Origin: an uncultured Marinoscillum sp.
Lineage (GTDB): Bacteria; Bacteroidota; Bacteroidia; Cytophagales; MED-G16
DNA length: 64,000 nt
Direction: 5' to 3'
Assembly (NCBI GenBank): GCA_902626505.1
Contig: CACOFQ010000005.1
Location: 3,401-67,400 of the forward strand
In this document: positions 1-8,659 of the stretch, in pieces
Numbering within the stretch: position 1 is the first letter of the stretch
Layout: each line of letters opens with the position of its first letter
Program-made: the position numbers and the translations under genes
Notes under the pieces: generated by a model
Database searches by the model: none
Seen by the model: the letters and a program-made list of their open reading frames with translations, nothing else
What the model was told of the DNA's origin: nothing

Positions 1-615
1 CGTTACAATAATTTTTTGCGATGTAACCTGAGTAAATAGTGATTCATTATTTTCAAAAGGATTAGGTCCGAATTCCATCATCAGAACAAAAAGAAACATG
101 ATAATTGTAAATATTAAAGTTGAATTAAATAATAGGTTATTGGGTAATTTAATTGAATAAATGAATATGGCTTGAATTATACAATGGATAAAAAGTGAAT
201 AAAAACCAATTTTTACAAAAAGAATATGAAGAGAGAATGTCTCTGGATCTGAGGAAAATATAGCAACAAAAATAAACCCTAAAAGTGAAATTGATATACT
301 CATTATTAATATGGTTTTTAATAAAAGATTTTTGCTTCTACTGATAATAACTTTTAGAAAATTAAAATAGAATAAAGAATAAGATAATGCTAATACTAAC
401 ATTGAGGTATTAAATAAATATGCCGATAAAAAATTAGGTTCCCCATTTTTTGCAGTCCACTCACCTAAGTTGCTAAAAAAGTTATAGAAAAATAAATAAC
501 CAACAGTAGTTGAGTCAATGATAGTTCCACCAGGATAATAGATCATAGCGATAACACATAAAGAGATAAAAACTAATATCCCAAAATAGCCCTGTTTTAT
601 CAATGTTTTTCTCAT
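1..615 (-). CDS. Multi-pass membrane protein, N-terminal 205 codons (gene runs off the window start); DUF998-like by resemblance
   Basis: Absent from the supplied track because it is open-ended. The reverse complement from ATG at 615-613 reads MRKTLIKQGYFGILVFISLCVIAMIYYPGG...FFSNLGEW... with no stop down to position 1 (615 nt = 205 codons). Several hydrophobic helices. Confidence 0.55.
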   Translation of the reverse strand, partial: MRKTLIKQGYFGILVFISLCVIAMIYYPGGTIIDSTTVGYLFFYNFFSNLGEWTAKNGEPNFLSAYLFNTSMLVLALSYSLFYFNFLKVIISRSKNLLLKTILIMSISISLLGFIFVAIFSSDPETFSLHILFVKIGFYSLFIHCIIQAIFIYSIKLPNNLLFNSTLIFTIIMFLFVLMMEFGPNPFENNESLFTQVTSQKIIVT

Positions 616-668
616 AGTTAAAAATAATAAATCTATATTTATGTAAACTATCAAATTAATAACGTAAA

Positions 669-1865
669 ATGAAAATAGCGGTTATAGGATCTGGGATTTG
701 GGGGGCATGCTCAGCATACTTTTTAAATAAAGAGGGTTGCGAGGTTGAACTTTATGATATGTGGGGAGCAGGTAATTCTAGATCAGGTTCTGGAGGAGCT
801 TCAAGAATAATTAGATTGACATATGGAGATGATAAAATATATACAGAACTAACAAATAATTCCTTTAAATTTTGGGAAAACCTATCAAATAAAAGTGAAA
901 GAAAACTTTATGATGAGTGTGGAATGCTATGGCTTGTAAGTCAAGAAGATAATAGTTACATAACTAAATCTAAAAAGCATATAGAAAGCGTAGGTCATAA
1001 TATTGAACAAATTTCAAAAAAAGATGCTAAAGAAAGATATCCTTTAATAAATTTTGATGATATAAATGAAGTTCACTTTGAAAAGAAAGCTGGAGCTTTA
1101 ATGGCTAGCAGGTGTTGTAAAAATATTGTAAGAAAATTTAAGCATAACGGTGGTAAGGTTTTTTTAGGTGAAGTTGCGATTGATGAAAAAAACTTAGAAA
1201 ATAAAAATTCAATAACCTTTAATGGAAAAAACATTGAGGCTGATAAATATGTTATAGCTTGTGGACCATGGAATAGAAAATTACTTCCGGAAATGTTAGA
1301 AAATACAACTTACATTTCCAGGCAAGAGGTTTATTATTTCGGAGTTCCTAATAATAAAGCCGCGGAATATAATTTAAATAAAATTCCGTGTTGGCTTGAT
1401 TTAAATGCTAATAATCCTTCATATTATGGTATCCCATTCCATTTAAATAAAGGATTTAAAATAGCATATGATGAAAGATCAACTAAATTTGACCCCGATA
1501 CTTCAGATAGGGTTCCACTTCCTGAACTAGTCAAAAGGACAAAGAAATATCTTTACCATAGATTCCCTAACCTAAAAGAATTACCAATTGCTGAAACAAG
1601 AGTTTGTCAATACGAGAATAGTTTGGATGGTAATTTTATTATGAGTTATCATAAAAAAAATGATAATGTTCTTGTCTTATCTGGAAGTTCTGGCCATGGA
1701 TTCAAACTTGGACCTGGCTTAGGAGAAATGGTTAAAAATATTTTGATTTTTAAAAATGAAATTCCAGAAGAATTTAATTTAGAAAGACTAAAAAGCAAAG
1801 GCACATCATCCCAATACTACAACGCACAAATTAAATACAAAGAAAAAAAAAGATTATTTAATTAA
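669..1865 (+). CDS. FAD-dependent oxidoreductase, monomeric sarcosine oxidase / N-methyltryptophan oxidase-like (DAO family)
   Basis: N-terminal Rossmann motif IAVIGSGIWGACSAYFL. C-terminal SGHGFKLGPGLGE. RVCQYENSLDGNFI resembles the covalent-flavin Cys region of MSOX-type enzymes. Confidence 0.8.
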   Translation: MKIAVIGSGIWGACSAYFLNKEGCEVELYDMWGAGNSRSGSGGASRIIRLTYGDDKIYTELTNNSFKFWENLSNKSERKLYDECGMLWLVSQEDNSYITKSKKHIESVGHNIEQISKKDAKERYPLINFDDINEVHFEKKAGALMASRCCKNIVRKFKHNGGKVFLGEVAIDEKNLENKNSITFNGKNIEADKYVIACGPWNRKLLPEMLENTTYISRQEVYYFGVPNNKAAEYNLNKIPCWLDLNANNPSYYGIPFHLNKGFKIAYDERSTKFDPDTSDRVPLPELVKRTKKYLYHRFPNLKELPIAETRVCQYENSLDGNFIMSYHKKNDNVLVLSGSSGHGFKLGPGLGEMVKNILIFKNEIPEEFNLERLKSKGTSSQYYNAQIKYKEKKRLFN

Positions 1866-1866
1866 G

Positions 1867-2706
1867 ATGAAAAATATTTTTTTCATACTCCTATTTATTT
1901 TATTATCATGTCAAGACAATTATGAGAATTGCTTAGATCTAGAATATGGAACAGAATTTATTAAAATAACTGGAGTAAGCGAATCCGATAAGAATTACTT
2001 TAAATATTTTTGTAAAACAACTGAAGTGTTTGGTATCAAAATATATGCTACAGAAAATGTAGCTAATGAGAAAGTACTTCACGCAGCCTCAGTATTATCC
2101 GAATATTTGGATAATGATGAGGATGGAACTGCTGACAATCAAAGAATAGTAAATAAATTAATTGATAAAAAAGCTTGGTTATTAATGGCTATGGATGAAG
2201 AAGAGTCACGTGCTGCAATGAGGATTCCTATTGGAAAATGGTCTAATTTAGAATTATATGACGAAGAGGTATCAATAATTAATGGTTCTCCGCGATTTGA
2301 CGCTTCACTTGAAGAAATACTGCATCTAATCACACAACATGGTTATGCTGAAGTATATCCCAAAAAATTTGGTGAAAATAAAAATTCTGAAATAGCAAAA
2401 GCTATGGATAAAGCTAGAGGAGGATATTTTAAAAATGTTCCTAATTCATATCCATCTAGTGCCTGGTATACTTATGATGATAAAACCTGTAACTACTCCT
2501 GTCAAATCACAGAATATACTTATTGGGCGTTGACTTCTATTCTAGGGGCACAAGAGTTTCCTGGAAGGCTAGAGGAAATACAACATGAATGGAAATTAAA
2601 TACTAAAGAAAAAGTAAGAGAAAATGATCCAGACATATTTAACATATTAACAAATCAGGAATACAATTTACCTAAAGTCCTGCCTGATGGTAGATATAGA
2701 GAATAG
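1867..2706 (+). CDS. Lipoprotein of unknown function
   Basis: Signal peptide plus lipobox MKNIFFILLFILLSCQD. Starts 1 nt after the preceding stop. No family recognised. Confidence 0.6.
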   Translation: MKNIFFILLFILLSCQDNYENCLDLEYGTEFIKITGVSESDKNYFKYFCKTTEVFGIKIYATENVANEKVLHAASVLSEYLDNDEDGTADNQRIVNKLIDKKAWLLMAMDEEESRAAMRIPIGKWSNLELYDEEVSIINGSPRFDASLEEILHLITQHGYAEVYPKKFGENKNSEIAKAMDKARGGYFKNVPNSYPSSAWYTYDDKTCNYSCQITEYTYWALTSILGAQEFPGRLEEIQHEWKLNTKEKVRENDPDIFNILTNQEYNLPKVLPDGRYRE

Positions 2707-2711
2707 AAACA

Positions 2712-3884
2712 TTATTTTTTAAAGTAGTTAGCTAATCTCAATGATAAATTCTCTCTAATATTAAGCCAAAAGAAATTATAGTCACCAGCATGAAAACTTT
2801 CTTTTTCAAATATTTTAATCCACGGAATATTCAACTCAATTAATTGTAAAGAACCTTTTTCCGATTGTGCTTTAATTTTATTTTCATTTTTCAATTTCAA
2901 TGGGCCTATAGGTCTATTTAAAATTTGATACTTGAACATCTGAAAAAAACTTGGCATTAAAATTCCCTTATGGTCTTCTAAGCTTGTTAAACCATTATTT
3001 GAATTAAAAGATATTGGATTGTTAGCAACAACATTATTATAAACTTCATTGTCATAAGGGAAATAATTATTACCATGAGTATTCCACGACATAAAGCAAT
3101 TTACTTGCAAAGGATTATCACAAACTGGAAAATTCCTAAAGTTCCTTGACACTGGCATACCAATAAGGTAAGCTAATAACAACTTTTCTTTAATATTTTT
3201 ATCAGGCATAATAACTTCATCAATTAATCTAGCTGCATGAAGAGTGCCTTGGCTGTGAGACGCAATTATAATTTTCTTACCTTTATTTTCTTGCTCTAAA
3301 TAAGTTAAGAATGCTCTTTTAACATCATTGTATGCCACATCAAAAGATTCTTTAGCATATGACTTAAGTTTATTATTTTCAAAAGTAAAATATTGTAAAG
3401 ATTTATTTGAGTAAATCAGATCCTTATAATAATTAAAATTATTTTTTAATTGTGGGTCTAATGCTATATCAGTTAATAATTCGTTAGTATTATGATAAAC
3501 CAATCCATCATAAAAAAGTTGTCTATATAGAGGAGTGTAAACATTTGTCAATCCAGAGAAAACACTGGCCTGATTTTTTAATGCAAGAGCATCAACTCTT
3601 TTTTTATGATTTATATTTTCAGGATTAGAATTCCAAAAATTACCATTATATCCTCCATAATATACGGTAGGATATATAAAAAAAACATCCACATCTGATT
3701 TAAAACTTTCTAATGAGTCAATATAATTTAATGGTAATGGAATTTCTTTTTTTGGTGAAGAAATCCAATTTTTCATATACTTATAATCAGGAGCTTTTGG
3801 AAAGCCAGTATCTGAGACTAAGTACTTAGTCGTAGTACAACTAAAAAATAGAAAAGGAATAATTAAAAAATAGGATATTCTCAT
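2712..3884 (-). CDS. Alpha/beta-hydrolase-like lipoprotein (DUF3089-like)
   Basis: Lipobox PFLFFSCTT. Nucleophile-elbow-like IIIASHSQGTLHAARLI (the HSQG variant of GxSxG seen in DUF3089 proteins). Confidence 0.6.
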   Translation of the reverse strand: MRISYFLIIPFLFFSCTTTKYLVSDTGFPKAPDYKYMKNWISSPKKEIPLPLNYIDSLESFKSDVDVFFIYPTVYYGGYNGNFWNSNPENINHKKRVDALALKNQASVFSGLTNVYTPLYRQLFYDGLVYHNTNELLTDIALDPQLKNNFNYYKDLIYSNKSLQYFTFENNKLKSYAKESFDVAYNDVKRAFLTYLEQENKGKKIIIASHSQGTLHAARLIDEVIMPDKNIKEKLLLAYLIGMPVSRNFRNFPVCDNPLQVNCFMSWNTHGNNYFPYDNEVYNNVVANNPISFNSNNGLTSLEDHKGILMPSFFQMFKYQILNRPIGPLKLKNENKIKAQSEKGSLQLIELNIPWIKIFEKESFHAGDYNFFWLNIRENLSLRLANYFKK

Positions 3885-3943
3885 TTTTTAAATAAAATAA
3901 TACTTATATTTTTAATAACAATATAACTTAACCATTATTTAAA

Positions 3944-5122
3944 ATGATTCAAAAAAAACTATTCATTCAGTTATCTGTTTTTTTAATTTTTAATACTTTA
4001 TTATACGGTCAAAATCAAAAAAAATATGAAAGAAAACTATTTTTTCCAGATATTGATAATTATAAGACACTATTAACAGACTTTCATCAACACACAGTGT
4101 TCTCTGACGGATTAGTCTGGCCCACTATAAGGGTAGATGAAGCAGTAAAAGATGGTCTTGATGCAATATCTTTAACTGAACACTTAGAGTATCAACCATT
4201 TGCAAAAGACATACCTAATCCTGACAGAAATAGAGCTTATTTAGTAGCAAATGATTTTGCAGAAAGAATTAATAAATCTATCGATAAAAAATTAATTATA
4301 GTAAACGGACAGGAAATTACAAGATCAATGCCTCCAGGTCATATAAATGCTATTTTTCTTGAAGATGCAAATAAATTATTACATCGAAATGATTCTTTAA
4401 AAGGAATTGAGGAGGCAAATAAACAAAATGCTTTTGTCTTTTGGAATCATCCTGGATGGCCAGCTCAAAGAAGTGATGGAATTGCTAGACTAGATGATTT
4501 CCATAAATATTTAATTGATAATAAATTATTGCATGGTATAGAAGTAGTAAACGAATTATACTTTTCAGAAGAAGCATTAGATATAGCTTTAAAAAATAAT
4601 CTTACGATAATGGGAACCTCAGATATTCATGGATTAGTTGACTGGTTATTTAAAGTTCCTGATGATAATGAAATCGTAAATAATTATCCAGGACATCGAC
4701 CTATAACAATGGTATTTGCAAAAAGCAAAAATAAAAAAAGTATCAAAGAAGCACTTTTTGCCGGGAGAACTGCTGTTTTTTATAATGAGCTTCTAATTGG
4801 AAAAGAAGAAAACCTTAAACCTTTAGTAGAAAAATGCTTATTAATTAATAGTGTTAATAATTTAAAACTAGGATATTCTGAGGACGGTGAATCAACTATA
4901 AAAAAGATAGAAATTAAAAATATTTCTGATGCCCCGTTCCTTTTAAAAAACTTAACACCATTTACATTTGAAACAAACAGTGATATTATTACAATAGACC
5001 CTAATTCAATTCATACTATATCCATAAAAACAAAAGGAAATGATTTTAATGGTCTAAAACTTGAAGTCTTAAATGCAATAATTGCCCCTAAAAAAAATCT
5101 AATAATTGAGCTATTAATATGA
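3944..5122 (+). CDS. Secreted PHP-domain metal-dependent phosphoesterase
   Basis: Signal peptide. PHP signature DFHQHTVFSDG followed by ISLTEHLEY, then later WNHPGW and TSDIHG metal-ligand-like motifs. Confidence 0.7.
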   Translation: MIQKKLFIQLSVFLIFNTLLYGQNQKKYERKLFFPDIDNYKTLLTDFHQHTVFSDGLVWPTIRVDEAVKDGLDAISLTEHLEYQPFAKDIPNPDRNRAYLVANDFAERINKSIDKKLIIVNGQEITRSMPPGHINAIFLEDANKLLHRNDSLKGIEEANKQNAFVFWNHPGWPAQRSDGIARLDDFHKYLIDNKLLHGIEVVNELYFSEEALDIALKNNLTIMGTSDIHGLVDWLFKVPDDNEIVNNYPGHRPITMVFAKSKNKKSIKEALFAGRTAVFYNELLIGKEENLKPLVEKCLLINSVNNLKLGYSEDGESTIKKIEIKNISDAPFLLKNLTPFTFETNSDIITIDPNSIHTISIKTKGNDFNGLKLEVLNAIIAPKKNLIIELLI

Positions 5123-6024
5123 ATCTAAATGTTGTAAATGAAACAAACAAATTAAAAAAAGTAGTACTTGGTATAGCAAATAGTTTTGGTAAAATTCCAT
5201 TACCTGGTGATTGCATTGATCCAAAAACAAAACATTATTTAAATAATGGAGAATATCCACTAGAAAATAACTGTATTACAGAAATTGAAAATTTTAATAA
5301 TATTCTAATTGACAATGGAGTATCAGTTATAAGGCCTAAACCCATAACAGACCTAAATCAGATTTTCACAAGAGATATTGCTTTTGTTATTGATAATATA
5401 ATATTTGAGGCAAATACTATAGCTGCCCGAGCGGAAGAAAAAAAGGGGATATTAGATATTTTAAATGAGGAAAAAGGAATTAATAAAATTCAAATTCCAA
5501 AAGGAATAAAAATTGAAGGTGGAGATGTAATAGTTAATAACAATTTTATATTTATTGGATGCTGTAACAAAAAAGATGAAAATTTAAAAGTATCAAGAAC
5601 TAATAAAAAAGCTGTTGATTTTATTAAGGAGGTTTTCCCAAATAAAGATGTAATTGGATTTGAATTAGTAAAAAATGATAATGACCCATATAATAACATT
5701 TTACATCTTGATTGTACAATGCAACCAGTTGGAAAAAACGATATAATAATTTATGAAGGTGGATTTAGAAATAAATCTGACTATTCATTTATTAATGAAA
5801 TATTTAGAAACAACATGATCAAAGTTACAAGTCAAGATATGTTTAATGGCTTCCCAAATATATTTTCAATCAATAATAAAAAAGTAGTATCAGATATAAC
5901 TTTTCATAAACTAAACTCAATACTTAAAGAAAGAGGATACTCTGTAGAAAAAACTATGTATAGAGAAATTTCTAAGTTTGGAGGTCTATTCAGATGTTCC
6001 ACATTACCACTTGAAAGAAAATAA
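5119..6024 (+). CDS. Amidinotransferase / DDAH / arginine-deiminase-superfamily enzyme
   Basis: 4-nt ATGA overlap with the PHP gene. KIEGGDV, ILHLDCTMQP, and a C-terminal catalytic-Cys motif GGLFRCSTLPL typical of guanidino-group-modifying enzymes. Confidence 0.7.
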   Translation: MNLNVVNETNKLKKVVLGIANSFGKIPLPGDCIDPKTKHYLNNGEYPLENNCITEIENFNNILIDNGVSVIRPKPITDLNQIFTRDIAFVIDNIIFEANTIAARAEEKKGILDILNEEKGINKIQIPKGIKIEGGDVIVNNNFIFIGCCNKKDENLKVSRTNKKAVDFIKEVFPNKDVIGFELVKNDNDPYNNILHLDCTMQPVGKNDIIIYEGGFRNKSDYSFINEIFRNNMIKVTSQDMFNGFPNIFSINNKKVVSDITFHKLNSILKERGYSVEKTMYREISKFGGLFRCSTLPLERK

Positions 6025-6072
6025 TTTTTTTAATATTATATTGTTAATTTGTTCATATAATTAGTATTTTAG

Positions 6073-6095
6073 AGGATACTATATAGGATACATAT
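6073..6095 (+). repeat. Left copy of a 23-nt direct repeat (AGGATACTATATAGGATACATAT), itself two AGGATAC half-sites 12 nt apart
   Basis: Read directly from the sequence. Contains the ATG (6094-6096) of the integrase-like ORF. Confidence 0.8.
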
Positions 6096-7239
6096 GCAAA
6101 TTCAGATTTGGAGAAGAAGAAATAAAGCAAATACTAAGTACAACCTTTATTTAAGGTACCGAATTAATCAAAATAAGGCAAAAGTAGAGTCCCTCAAACT
6201 CTGGGAATGGATTGAAGCAAGTGACGAAACAAAAATTCAGCATAATAAAAGTGTTGAAACAGCTTATCAAGAAATTTTAAGAAGGACAAAAGATGACATT
6301 GAAAATAAAAGAATAAACATAAGCTTTGAAAATAAAACTCAAAAATTAAAACATGACTTTATAGAGCACTCTAAATTAAAAAATAAAATTGCTGTTTTTA
6401 CATTTATTTATAATCAAGACAATCAAGTTAATAATATTATAACTTCTGAAGTAAATTATGATTATTTAAGCAATTTAAAATTTACTATAGAATCAAATAT
6501 TTTAGAAAAAAAGATTAAAAATTCAACTGCATCGAAATATTGGAGTGATTTTAAAAAAGGATTAAAAGAACTAAATAAAAAAAATCTATGTGAGTACCCT
6601 AAGGTTTCTGGGATAAATTATAAAATGGAAAAGACTAAAAAGCTAGTTTTTGATAAAACAGAAATAACCAAAATAAAAAAATGCAAAACAAAAGATGAAG
6701 AAATAAAAAAAGCATTTCTTTTCTCTTGTCTTACAGGGACTAAATTAAAAATATTAAAAGAACTTCAATGGATAAACATAAAAAAAATTAAAGAAAATAG
6801 ATATTATCTAGAAATCAATCTTAATACTAAAGAGTTCGTAATACCATTCGATGATGAAGCTCGAAAATTATTAGGCACAAGAAAAGAAGAAAAAAAGAAT
6901 GTGTTTAAATTAAAAAACAAAAAAAATAATATGTCAAAGATATTTTATAATCTTATGTTAGAATCTAATAATAACACGGAAAAAAAGTTTAAAGATGGGA
7001 TAAATACCTACGCAATAAATACATACAAGAAAACAAAGAACATATATCTTATATCATCAACTCTAGGACACAATTCAATTGAAAAAACAAAAAAAGAATT
7101 CCAATACATGAATGAGAAAGATTATATAGAAAAATTATTTAAAATTAAAAAAGAGACAAAAAGTAAAAACATTGAAAATAAACATAAAAAATTATTTAAA
7201 AGAGGCAATTTATTATCGTATAAAAAGGATACATTATAG
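6094..7239 (+). CDS. Tyrosine-recombinase (Bacteroidota integrase)-like protein, catalytic residues apparently degenerate
   Basis: N-terminal arm-type pattern (NLYLRYRINQNKAKVESLKLWEW). FLFSCLTGTKLKILKELQW resembles the box containing catalytic Arg-I (fLFsClTGlR...L.W) but has Lys. INTYAINTYKKT sits where HxxR is expected. LGHNSIEKTKKEFQY resembles the LGH...Y nucleophile box. A 381-codon ORF in a genome this AT-rich argues for real coding. Confidence 0.55.
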   Translation: MQIQIWRRRNKANTKYNLYLRYRINQNKAKVESLKLWEWIEASDETKIQHNKSVETAYQEILRRTKDDIENKRINISFENKTQKLKHDFIEHSKLKNKIAVFTFIYNQDNQVNNIITSEVNYDYLSNLKFTIESNILEKKIKNSTASKYWSDFKKGLKELNKKNLCEYPKVSGINYKMEKTKKLVFDKTEITKIKKCKTKDEEIKKAFLFSCLTGTKLKILKELQWINIKKIKENRYYLEINLNTKEFVIPFDDEARKLLGTRKEEKKNVFKLKNKKNNMSKIFYNLMLESNNNTEKKFKDGINTYAINTYKKTKNIYLISSTLGHNSIEKTKKEFQYMNEKDYIEKLFKIKKETKSKNIENKHKKLFKRGNLLSYKKDTL

Positions 7240-7248
7240 GATACATAT
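7226..7248 (+). repeat. Right copy of the 23-nt direct repeat (AGGATACATTATAGGATACATAT)
   Basis: Read directly from the sequence. Contains the TAG stop (7237-7239) of the integrase-like ORF. Two mismatches to the left copy. Confidence 0.8.
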
Positions 7249-7311
7249 ATATAAATATTTACTTAAAACTAATTAAAACAAATTTTTTATAACCTATAAA
7301 TAAAATACATA

Positions 7312-8244
7312 ATGAATCAAGTAACATCAAAAATTATTATGATAAGACCAAAACACTTTAATTATAATGTTGAAACCGCAGATAATAATTTTTTTCAAAA
7401 AAAAATAAATAGTGTATCAAGCACAGATATTAAAAGAAAGTCAGTTAGTGAATTCAATAGATTAGTTAAAGCACTAAAAAGAAAAAAAATAACTGTAGAA
7501 ATATTTGAAGATAGCGAAGATATAATTACTACTGATAGTGTATTTCCAAATAATTGGTTCTCTCTTCATAAAAACGGAAACTTTTATTTATATCCAATGT
7601 TTTCAAAAAACCGAAGAAAAGAAAGAAGAAAAGACATTATACAACATATAAAGGATAAATATAATGTAAAGCAAATTGTTGACTTATCGCATTATGAAAA
7701 AGAAAATAAATTTTTAGAAGGAACAGGCAGCATGGTTCTTGATAGAGAAAATAGAATATGTTATGCCTCAATATCTGAAAGAACAAATTCAGAAATATTA
7801 CACTTTTTTTGCAAGCATCTAGGTTATGAACCTGTTACATTTAAAGCCTACCAAAAAGTAAATGATTCATTAGAAGAAATTTACCATACCAATGTGATTA
7901 TGAGTATAGGTATAAACTATGTAATTATTTGCCTTCAATGCATTAATAGTAAAAAAGAAAGAAAATTTATTATAGATAAAATTACCAGTACAGGAAAAAC
8001 GCTAATAGAAATTTCTGAATATCAACTGAACAATTTTGCTGGAAATATGCTTCAGGTAGAAAATGAAAATGGGAAGAAGTTTTTGATAATGAGTAAAAAG
8101 GCATATGAAAGCTTAGAGGATAATCAAATTAAATTAATAGAAAGTTATAATGAAATTATTTATAGCGATTTAAGTATTATCGAGACTCTTGGAGGTGGGA
8201 GCGCAAGATGTATGATAGCTGAAAATTTTTTAGAAAAGAAATAA
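7312..8244 (+). CDS. Arginine-deiminase-related amidinotransferase-family hydrolase (CtlX-like citrulline utilisation hydrolase)
   Basis: C-terminal GGGSARCMIAE catalytic-Cys motif. FLEGTGSMVLD and YHTNVIM motifs typical of this subfamily. Confidence 0.7.
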   Translation: MNQVTSKIIMIRPKHFNYNVETADNNFFQKKINSVSSTDIKRKSVSEFNRLVKALKRKKITVEIFEDSEDIITTDSVFPNNWFSLHKNGNFYLYPMFSKNRRKERRKDIIQHIKDKYNVKQIVDLSHYEKENKFLEGTGSMVLDRENRICYASISERTNSEILHFFCKHLGYEPVTFKAYQKVNDSLEEIYHTNVIMSIGINYVIICLQCINSKKERKFIIDKITSTGKTLIEISEYQLNNFAGNMLQVENENGKKFLIMSKKAYESLEDNQIKLIESYNEIIYSDLSIIETLGGGSARCMIAENFLEKK

Positions 8245-8275
8245 AAAAAGTATCTTGTATTTAAACAATTATAAT

Positions 8276-8659
8276 ATGAAAAAACCAATTTTAACTGATA
8301 AAGCACCAGAACCAATAGGACCCTATAACCAGGCAATTAATTTTGATAATATAATTTTTGTTTCAGGTCAAATTCCATTAAATCCAGAAATAGGAAAATT
8401 AGTTGATAGCGGAATAAGAGATGAAACTATACAGGTAATGGAAAACTTAAAAGAAATATTACACGAAGCTAATTTTAAAATGAATGATATAGTAAAGACA
8501 TCAATTTTTTTAAAGAGCATGGACAACTTTGGAGAGGTAAATGAAGAATATGGAAAATATTTTGAAAATATTATTCCACCAGCAAGAGAAACTGTTGAAG
8601 TATCCAAATTACCATTAGATGTTAATGTTGAAATTTCATGTATTGCTATAAAAAAATAA
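8276..8659 (+). CDS. ridA: RidA/YjgF-family reactive enamine/imine deaminase
   Basis: MKKPILTDKAPEPIGPYNQAI...VSGQIPL...ARETVEVSKLPLDVNVEI. I prefer the ATG at 8276 over the track's TTG at 8255. Confidence 0.85.
   Translation: MKKPILTDKAPEPIGPYNQAINFDNIIFVSGQIPLNPEIGKLVDSGIRDETIQVMENLKEILHEANFKMNDIVKTSIFLKSMDNFGEVNEEYGKYFENIIPPARETVEVSKLPLDVNVEISCIAIKK

Larger units (their letters stand above)
6073..7248 (+). mobile_element. Putative single-gene integrase-like cassette delimited by 23-nt direct repeats
   Basis: Direct repeats at 6073-6095 and 7226-7248 (21/23 identical) enclose only the integrase-like ORF. It is inserted between two genes of the same enzyme superfamily. Confidence 0.35.

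Noticed and set aside
5932-5941. AGAGGATACT, a 10-nt match to the left edge of the cassette repeat (6071-6080), as a possible third repeat copy
   Set aside because: The second AGGATAC half-site is absent and the match lies within the amidinotransferase coding frame (RGYS). It is most likely coincidence.
8255-8275. TTG start for ridA given by the track
   Set aside because: The ATG at 8276 gives the conventional RidA N-terminus (MKKPILTDKAPEPIGPY). The seven extra codons (MYLNNYN) have no support.
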